Assembly (NCBI GenBank): GCA_002269645.1
Contig: NIVC01002829.1
Coordinates: 29,794 to 93,793, forward strand
DNA length: 64,000 bases
Reading direction: 5' to 3'
DNA from: Macrostomum lignano
Lineage: Eukaryota
In this document: positions 56,318 to 64,000 of the stretch, piece after piece
How the letters are laid out: every line of letters starts with the position of its first letter
Numbering within the stretch: the first letter of the stretch is position 1
The notes under the pieces: model-generated
The model's database searches: none
Seen by the model: the letters and a program-made list of their open reading frames with translations, nothing else
What the model was told of the DNA's origin: nothing
Made by a program: the position numbers and the translations under genes

Positions 56318-57541
56318 ATGAAGCGAAAAAGTACACAGCAGATATCTGAATTGGAGAAGCTAGCACAAGCAGAGAAACGAGTTACCGGGCTAATAAATAA
56401 GGAGCAACAATCCTACAATGAGTTTGTCCAAGCAGCCACAGAGTTTCATAAGCCCGGGTATGGAGAAGCTAAGAAAAATATTGATCAGGTCAAAGAAACT
56501 ATCGACGACATACAGGAAACCCAGTGCAAAAGGCTTTGGGCAAAATTCCAGAAGCACCACAGATACAGCCGCAACCACAGGCACAACCGCAACCACAACA
56601 ATCACAACCACAACAATCACAACCACAACAGCAACTAAAAGTGACAGATAACATTTTTGGACCAGTAGAGCGTGTAGAACATGATAGGAAATATGTATTT
56701 GGAATAAGTATGTGGAGAAAAAATATTTATAATGAACCAGTGGAATATTATATCGACATAAATAAGAAACATATTTCTGTTGTCAAAGGCTCGAAACTAA
56801 GAGCATTCCTTTCACAGAAACCTTACTGACTTTTATGACCAAGAACCAAGAGAGAATCTCGGACAAACAGCTAAAGAACTATAGAGATCTAGTGACTTTT
56901 GCTCTTGCTAGAGATATAGAAATACTAAAGGCCCCAGAAGTCCTGAACTTATGTATGATAACGGTGTCAACCTGACTAATTCAAAAAGTACAAACACTTT
57001 AAACAATGGTTCGATTTGCCAGATCAGGCGGAAGTCATAAAATATCTAGAACAACAACAACAACAACAACAACAACACAACCACAACAGCAACATTCACA
57101 GAAGAACAAGTACTCAGTCAACTCGAGCAGTTAGACCCTTTGAAAGTAGCTGAATATAAGAAACAAAACCCAACAGACTGGCAACACTTAGAACAACACT
57201 CTCCAGATCGAATGAACAGAATCAAGCAAAGAGTTTTCACACCTCAACAAAGACAGGCACCACATGACAGTTCCATCTCTGAAAGTGAGCAGTCTTTTGC
57301 ATCACCTCCCCAGCAGCTACAAGCCCAACCAACTCCACAACCCCAAGACCAACCGCCCTCAACTGGAAAAGGAATTTCTGAAATCTACAAGCGAGTAGCG
57401 GTTCTTCTAGGAGCGGCAAAGACCGGAATGAAAGATGAAAATAGAAAAGAATTTGTCAACATCCTCAATAAAATGCTTGAGAGAAAATACATCGATAAGA
57501 GGGCGAGAGAGCTTCTGCTTTCGCGGTTCAACAAAAAATAA
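56318..57541 (+). pseudogene. Gln-rich TGKG protein, copy 2, frameshifted (decay or assembly errors)
   Basis: Several 1-bp deletions against copy 1 (e.g. CCAGTG vs CCAGGTG at ~56523; CTCGAAA vs CTCGGAAA at ~56792). Confidence 0.8.
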
Positions 57542-57553
57542 TTTATTTAAAAA

Positions 57554-57939
57554 ATGCCAATTATTTTTGAAAAGACATTGACAAATACTATGACAAAGAG
57601 GAACTTAATCTTATTAAACGCGGATCTGGACTTTTCCCTGCAGGCCACTATCCAAGAAAAGAACGCTCTGGGAATGGCCTTGCCGATTTGATCGCTCAGG
57701 GGCCAAGATTTTTAAGGTCATTGGAGAGAACAAAGAGAACATCAAGAACGTTGCCGAAGCGGCTGGCAGTGTAGCCACAGCAGCCAAAAAGATAAAGGAT
57801 ACTGTAACACCTAAACAAGAGATTCCCTCCACTGGCCCCGCTGGCTCCATTGGCCCCAAACCCAAACAGTGTGGACCCTGCAGTCTATGAGAAGATGAGA
57901 GCTAGCATTAAAAAAGGAAGTGGTTTCAAATTTGACTAA
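57554..57939 (+). pseudogene. 129-aa GxG protein, copy 2, frameshifted
   Basis: 1-bp deletions relative to 49997..50386. Confidence 0.78.
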
Positions 57940-58113
57940 AGGGTACTTTCCGAGGGTACAAGACTAGTCCCAAAATGACACATCTAAGTCCCGAAATGAC
58001 ACATCTAAGTCCCAAAATGACACAATTAAGTACCAAAATGACACATCTAAGTCCCGAAATGACGCATCTTCTAAATGATTTATTATTTAAATTTTTTTTC
58101 AATCATAGAAAAA

Positions 58114-58914
58114 ATGGACTTCTCAAACGACTTCAATCCTCACTGGACGCGTAATCAGATTAAGTTTTCTCATCACGAGTCAATCCCGAGTCACTTCAGA
58201 TGCATTGTTGTTGGTTCATCAGGTTCAGGTAAAACATTCAGAGTCTTTAACATGCTTCTTAGACCTGGCTTTATCGACTATGACACTCTGCACATCTACT
58301 CTCCCACACTGTATCAAGATGAGTATAAAATGCTGATTTCTGGATTGCAAAACAAACTGAACAAAGAGGACATTATTCAATGTTTTAATAACCAAATGTG
58401 CCTTCCCAGTAACCCAGAAATTGTAGCTGCCGAATATGCAAAGCACCTCAAAGACAATGAAAAATGGCAGAACATTAAAGTGTTCACCTATGGAGATCCA
58501 CAGGCTGATCCAAAGACCAAACTTCTACCCCAACCAGATGAGCTAGAAAAGGGGAGAAAGCATTTGATCGTCTTTGATGATTGTATGACAGGCCCACAGA
58601 AGCAGATAGAAAACTATTTTACAAGAGGGCGACATAACAATTGTAATGTAATTTACATTGCACAGAACTGGTTCGAGCTCCCGAACAAAACAATTCGTGG
58701 GAACTGCAATCTGATTCTCCTGTTTCCAACCATTCCACAGGACAGGTTAAAAAGATTTTACAATGAGGTCATTGCGCCTGCCTATTTCATAAATCCAACA
58801 AAAAACTCAAGCAGAAAGATTTCACAAGAGGAATTCGTTAATCTTTGCTATGACAAGTGGAATCAGCCTTACCAGTTTGTGATTATCAGCAAAGAAAAAA
58901 GAACTGTAATTTAA
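58114..58914 (+). CDS. A32-like packaging ATPase, copy 2, intact
   Basis: Same Walker A/B and RGRH motifs; 266 aa. Confidence 0.93.
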   Translation: MDFSNDFNPHWTRNQIKFSHHESIPSHFRCIVVGSSGSGKTFRVFNMLLRPGFIDYDTLHIYSPTLYQDEYKMLISGLQNKLNKEDIIQCFNNQMCLPSNPEIVAAEYAKHLKDNEKWQNIKVFTYGDPQADPKTKLLPQPDELEKGRKHLIVFDDCMTGPQKQIENYFTRGRHNNCNVIYIAQNWFELPNKTIRGNCNLILLFPTIPQDRLKRFYNEVIAPAYFINPTKNSSRKISQEEFVNLCYDKWNQPYQFVIISKEKRTVI

Positions 58915-58930
58915 AATTTGCTATTAAAAG

Positions 58931-59667
58931 ATGTCATAAACTTTGCAGGTGAATCCATTTCTGGCAACAGCGCTCTTACATCAGCTCAGATATCCATCCT
59001 TGACAGGCGATATATCAACAGCGACGAAAGATCCCAGAGATCAAACTGAATAAAAACAGACTGAAACAATTAGAGCGCTCCATGCACCAGTTGCAAATAA
59101 ACATGGAAGATCTCAGGCTTAAAGTAGCCAGGCAGAAGTTTGAAAGTGATAAGCTTTATGTGCCGTTGTTAAACGAACTAATGAACTTAGGTCAGAAATA
59201 ACTTCGATAGTCTCGCAAATCAACGGTTTAAGAACAAATTTAGCATCGACATTAATCTTCTGAGAAACTCCATTGATAGCGGATGCGCATTCTTGAAGAG
59301 GAGTTTTCACAAACACAGCTAAAGTGAATAATTTAGAAGAGTTCATGAACCAGTCAACACGTTGCATGATAGAATTAAAGAAAACGTCGCAACCAACACA
59401 GGTAAAGTGAGGAATTTAGAAGAGTTCATGACTCAGTCAACAGCGTTGCATGATCAAATCAAAGTAAGAATTACTGCAAATAAAGTCTTTGTAGATTTAG
59501 TTTTTACCGAATGGCAGAAATCGGTGAGAAGAATCGGTCGTCTTGAACGCTTGCATAATCTCAAAAACATTGACGCTGAAGAGGCACCACAGACCACAAG
59601 GGAAACAAGTGATCCAACCGACTTGTTTGAGATCATGCGTAGAATGGAGCTCACAGATAATGAATAG
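58931..59667 (+). pseudogene. Coiled-coil fibre candidate, copy 2, frameshifted in the 5' half, with a different C-terminal domain
   Basis: ATGTCATAAAC vs ATGTCGATAAAC in copy 1. ORF 59362..59667 diverges from copy 1 after LHD.IK. Confidence 0.72.
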
Positions 59668-59774
59668 GCAGATTCAGAGACCTGTTGCCGTCACTGCAGA
59701 CGAAGCAATCAACCGTAAAACAAATCTAACCACCACCAACTAGTTGCCGATTTTTTTTAAAAAATTCCCAAAAA

Positions 59775-60434
59775 ATGGATGCTCAAAATTCTCTTTATGA
59801 TCCGAACGCTCCCACAACACCTAGTGCACCTAGTGCACCCCAATATGAGCAACAAAAACTCTACCCTGTCATTTCTTGTAACTCTCAACAGTTTCGACTA
59901 GTGGAGATTCAAAAAATGCGCGATGATCTTGAAAAAAATATTTTCCACAACACAAAGAAAATTAAGCGCTATGACAACCACTGTAAATTTTTCGACTACA
60001 GCAATATGATTCTAGGATCTGTGTCTGTTCTATCTGGATCTGCTGCAGCTGTCTCAGTGTTGCCAGCCATCACAGCCCCAATCGCAATCCCGCTCGGCTC
60101 TGTGGGTGCTGCATGTGGACTTATTTCAGCAATTACTGGAGCAGTAGCGCGAAACAGGCGAAAAAAACTAAAGCAGCTACAGGAGAAGCAAGTAAAAGAG
60201 AAAGGGGTGCACACTTCAATCATAGGGTACATTTCAAGGGCAATCGATGATAAGTTCATTTCAGAGGATGAGTTCAAAACCATTCAGGATCTTTATGAAC
60301 AATCAATTCGAATGAACTTGAACATGGTCGGTACTGATGACATGAGTCAGCTGAGAAATGAACTCGAGAAAGTTCTTCAACATTATGTGGAAAGAAGGAC
60401 AACGAGAAGGACAACGAGAAATACACCACAATGA
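59775..60434 (+). CDS. Two-TM protein with PSAP/LYP motifs (candidate ESCRT-recruiting egress protein), copy 2, intact 219 aa
   Basis: N-terminal PSAPSAP and KLYPVI, coiled coil, hydrophobic hairpin, basic stretch and a DDKFISEDEF tail. Confidence 0.75.
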   Translation: MDAQNSLYDPNAPTTPSAPSAPQYEQQKLYPVISCNSQQFRLVEIQKMRDDLEKNIFHNTKKIKRYDNHCKFFDYSNMILGSVSVLSGSAAAVSVLPAITAPIAIPLGSVGAACGLISAITGAVARNRRKKLKQLQEKQVKEKGVHTSIIGYISRAIDDKFISEDEFKTIQDLYEQSIRMNLNMVGTDDMSQLRNELEKVLQHYVERRTTRRTTRNTPQ

Positions 60435-60437
60435 ACC

Positions 60438-60839
60438 CTATGAAACACAGCCAAGAATAATTTCCTTGTAGGTCTTTCGTGTTTTGGTCATTGCATACAA
60501 AACAGTCATGCACAGCTCACCGCAAATATCACTGCTAAGACCTTGGAGGATAAAGTCTGAGCGATAAATTTTTTTATTATTTTTTCCCTTCATATAATTT
60601 CTTAGCTCTTCTGGTACTGCCGTCCCATAGCTATCGAAGTAATAACACTTGTGCTTGCGATCGGGATCAATCACCCAGCAAACCCAATGAGATCCTGGCT
60701 TATCGGTGGTGTCAAAGTTCATGATGCCGCATTCCTTTCTTAGAGGAAAATCAGGCAGAGTGTCCCTCATAAATATTCCTCTAAAGTTTGGGATTTCCAG
60801 TTCGTTAGCCAAATCTTCAAGAAAGTTATTTGTCGTCAT
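60438..60839 (-). CDS. Adenain-like cysteine maturation protease, 133 aa
   Basis: Catalytic His (GSHWV), Asp (YFDSYG) and Gln/Cys (QGLSSDICG). Likely ATG 60839. Confidence 0.92.
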   Translation of the reverse strand: MTTNNFLEDLANELEIPNFRGIFMRDTLPDFPLRKECGIMNFDTTDKPGSHWVCWVIDPDRKHKCYYFDSYGTAVPEELRNYMKGKNNKKIYRSDFILQGLSSDICGELCMTVLYAMTKTRKTYKEIILGCVS

Positions 60840-60871
60840 TTTTTTGAGGTTTATTAAACTTTCTCTCAAAC

Positions 60872-63800
60872 CTAAACCCAATATCCACCTCCTAAACCTA
60901 ACCTCCAGTGCCCGAACGGTAGACTGTTAATATTGTCATCAAAAATGAATCTCTTGTTATCTGCACCTGACAGTCCAATCTTCTTTTGCTGAATTGTGTG
61001 AATAATATGGTTTTTAGATTGTAGCTTTGAGAACTCATGTGATGTCTTTTTGTTGCAATTCAAGGCGTCTCTGTATTCAGCTTCATTAATTTCCTTCCTA
61101 ACCACACGTTTCGGAATTCCCTTTGATTTTTTATTGGGTCTGACGACTCACATTTTATAAAATAGGACTTTGCTCTCAACCCAATGAATTCAGTGATTAT
61201 GTCACCAGCAATCTCGTCCTTCATTTTCCCAATCACTTTCTTGTTAGTGGCGTCAAACACTTGATCGCCATTCTGTGTCCTGCAAGATTCATCATACTCA
61301 GACAAGTCAAACAAATCTTTTTGCTGCAGCATGTCCTGATAAATGTCTTCTGTTTGAATGTCCATAATAAAACTGTCTGTGTCAGTGTACAAGAGTTTCA
61401 TTTTATCCTTGTACTGCTGCTTCATGCCATAGAAGAACTGGTACATCAGACGTTTTGATTCGTCGAGAACAGTGACACCTGTATAGATCGGCTTGCGCAG
61501 CGTCACCTTGGTTTTGTAAAATATGATCACACCTAAGTAGCTATTAAAGATATGGAGTTCTTTGAATGTTGGCTTTGACATATTTGCCTGAATAACATCA
61601 GGCTCTGATGAGGTAACAAGTTTCAGGTTTGTTCTTTTCCGCTCATTCTCAAGAGTCTTGCCATAGACAGAGTTGTTGGCCAACTTAAAGAGGTTCTTGT
61701 CAAAGTCGTTGGTTGCTTTGGTCCTAAACTGGGTGTTCTTATCAATGTAGGGTTTCATCCACGCTTCCTCTGTAAATGTAAGAGCCCGGTGAACTTTGGT
61801 GACCCTGCAACCAAGTGAGATAAAATACTGAAGCAGTTTGTAATGGATTTTGTAACGTGTCTTGTTGTTTAGATTCTGTGTTAGTTTCTCTGTATGTTCT
61901 TTTTCTGTTCCTGACAGGTGCCAAGTTCCATTATTATCATTGGGAGTTTCGATTATTTTCGGGCACTTGATGTTCTCTGGGAAGGGTGGAAAGTCAGAGA
62001 AATAGTCGTGAAGCTCTGGTGGAATGTAAACATCAACCTCATAAATGGCAGCCAATGAAAAGTCCCATTTGAATTCTGATGAGGGTAGCCATCGAAAATC
62101 TCTAACTGGAAGATCTTGACTCATCGCCCACCCGTAGAGATTATTAGCGTCCAAGTAAGTAATGTAGTTTGAGGGCTGCTCCTTATTGTAAGATTCAATG
62201 TAGGGATTGTTTGCTTTTGCATACCTGTTAACAAAATTGAGATTCCCCCTCGCTTTGACGATTCGACAAAATTGTACATGTCAATGTCTGTAAGAAGTTC
62301 AATGTACCAATCTGGATCTTGATCCCATTTCATTTTAAGCAAAGATTCCCAGCTAGTGGCGGGCAGAGACACATAATGTGCTGGATCGAGGCCATATGCT
62401 GTGTACCAGGTGCATCTGAAGGTTTCAAACACATCAGCCAGCAGAAACACATCTGTGAAGAGGTAAAGCAGGTGATACTGGAAGAAGTTTTGACAATTAA
62501 AGTAATTATAGACATGCTTCGCGTGCTCATAGTCTTTGTCAGAGATTCCAGAGTCTGTTAGCTTTGAAAAGAACTTCTCCTGTGGTGGTAAACCTTCTTC
62601 AAATACGTGATACCCAGTAATATTTTCATAGGGGTAGAAGCCTTTGTTCTCAGGAGTTTAAATGATTCATCACTGTTGTTAATTTTACTTGCAAACATCT
62701 TTGTATATGTACATTGTTCATCTTTTAGATTCTTGCTTAGTTCGTCTAGACTGGCAGCTAGAAATTGATATGAATCCTTCAGTCTTATTTTACCTGTACC
62801 CGAATTATCCTGTTTAATATCAACACACTTAAACTTCTCCTTGTTCTCTGCGATGCAATCAAGGTGTATGTCTGGAATCATGCCGATTTTTTCAACTATT
62901 AAATGCATGTCATAGTTCTTTGCGTTGTGACAAAATATCGTTAGATCATGAATGTTCGATTTTAGCTTTAGATTACAGGTGTTATGCGCTGCACCTCTAA
63001 ATTTCCCAGTAAGTGGCAGTGGTCCCTAACGGTGGGGTTTTTAATATTAGTGCAAGTTAAATGTTTCCTGCAGATGTGGCAATGAGTTGCTGATAGGAAA
63101 TTGCTTTCATCCTCCTCAGACATACTTATTGGAACAGGTTGAAGGGTGCTAATCACTTTTTGCAACTCTAACATTCTGGCAATAAACTGCTCCACACACT
63201 GCTCTCCAAAGAAATAATTATACTCAACAAGTCCTTTTGTATTAATAAAGGCATATGCTACTGAATTGGGGATATGTTTTGAGTTTGAGTTTGTTTTGAG
63301 TTGGATGTTTTTGAGTTGGAGTTTTTTGAGTTTCTGGCACGATTGAGCATTCGAAATCAGCATATACAACAAATGGGAGCTTCTCCATCTTGTGATAGTT
63401 CTTAAACCGGAGATACTTCTCTTCAGCTGAAGGAAGAGAGCAGTTTGTCGGGTGATCCTCGCATGATAATTCATGCTCTGCTAGTTTTTCAAAGCGTTCA
63501 GGTCCACTGTAATGCTTAAGGCACAAGCGGCAGATGGCAACAGCCTCGTGATGATTATTCAACTGCTTGTGAATGAGTCTTGAAAGATCTTTAATCCAAA
63601 CATAGTGAGCCTCCTCTAGTAAATTACCAATCACTAGAAGATCCACTTCAGTCCGCCTTTTCCCCTCGGATCTAAAACGTCTTTGCTACATCTGACCGGT
63701 TGAACTTTCTCAGTTTTTCACTCCACTCAAAGACTGTGATTCTAATTTTGTTATTAAACACTTCTTCTAGCTTTGGGATCTGAGAGATGCCAAGCCTCCT

Positions 63801-64000
63801 TTGTCAAACCTGATTCCCTTCTTTTCGCATTCAATGAGATAGTAGTTAAAATAATTTTGATAATTTGAGGTTCTTTCGGGGTGGTGAGGGACACTAAAAA
63901 GTGCAGAAAGAACTGCCATAGAGCACAGCAATTGTCTTTATTTTTAACATTTATGCAAGCTTTTTTACCGGCTAGCTTATGCGGGAGCTCTATATAAGAG
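60872..64000 (-). pseudogene. Protein-primed family B DNA polymerase (pPolB), multiply frameshifted, 5' end outside the window
   Basis: SYIELP..KKACINVKN, ExoI YADFEC, RDHCH domain, CHNAKNYD, ExoIII DVFLLADVFETFR, motif A LDANNLYGWAMSQ, motif B KLANNSVYGK, motif C YTDTDS, C-terminal LPFGH; spread over six or more ORF fragments. Confidence 0.93.

Larger units (their letters stand above)
45593..64000. mobile_element. Polinton/Maverick (adintovirus-like) endogenous virus with a tandemly repeated virion module; extends beyond the window end
   Basis: Co-located protein-primed PolB, A32 ATPase, adenain protease and major and minor capsid ORFs. Abrupt switch to AT-rich, intronless, tightly packed genes. 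Candidate AGTAGT terminus at 45593. Confidence 0.92.

Noticed and set aside
62076-62097. Hammerhead ribozyme core CTGATGA...GAAA
   Set aside because: Stem II pairs poorly, stems I/III are not evident, and the sequence is the antisense of conserved polB codons (DFRWLPSSEF).
60872-64000. Programmed ribosomal frameshifting in polB
   Set aside because: There are too many shifts, at scattered homopolymers, without evident stimulatory structures; errors or decay are more parsimonious.
45593-64000. An integrase-less Polinton-like virus
   Set aside because: The element runs off the window edge within polB, so absence of an integrase cannot be concluded.

Overview
Eukaryotic (metazoan) genomic DNA. 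GC-rich, Ala-rich exons are separated by introns and spacers filled with unrelated minisatellites; this style suggests a flatworm such as Macrostomum, which is my inference only. Host genes in 1-45.5 kb, with spliced models reconstructed by hand from GT/AG sites and phase: the 3' end of a kelch-repeat gene, intronless NDUFS6, 5-exon AFG3L2 (m-AAA protease), a 2-exon ~1019-aa secreted LRR protein, 4-exon synaptotagmin-4/11, a 5-exon PH-domain protein and a 3-exon TMEM72-like gene. From ~45.6 kb to beyond the window end lies a Polinton/Maverick (adintovirus-like) endogenous virus. Its ~7.5-kb virion module is present twice in tandem: small ORF, penton, double-jelly-roll capsid, GxG-motif proteins, A32-type packaging ATPase, coiled-coil fibre candidate, 2-TM protein and adenain protease. 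The two copies are joined by a 3-bp microhomology and are followed by a frameshifted protein-primed DNA polymerase B. No integrase or right terminus is visible in the window. Most notable: (i) a 2-TM protein with ESCRT late-domain motifs (PSAP/PTAP plus LYP), architecturally like an orbivirus NS3 egress protein; (ii) swapped fibre C-termini and a variable penton loop between otherwise purifying-selected copies; (iii) a ~190-unit microsatellite that is exactly antisense to the adjacent synaptotagmin branch point.
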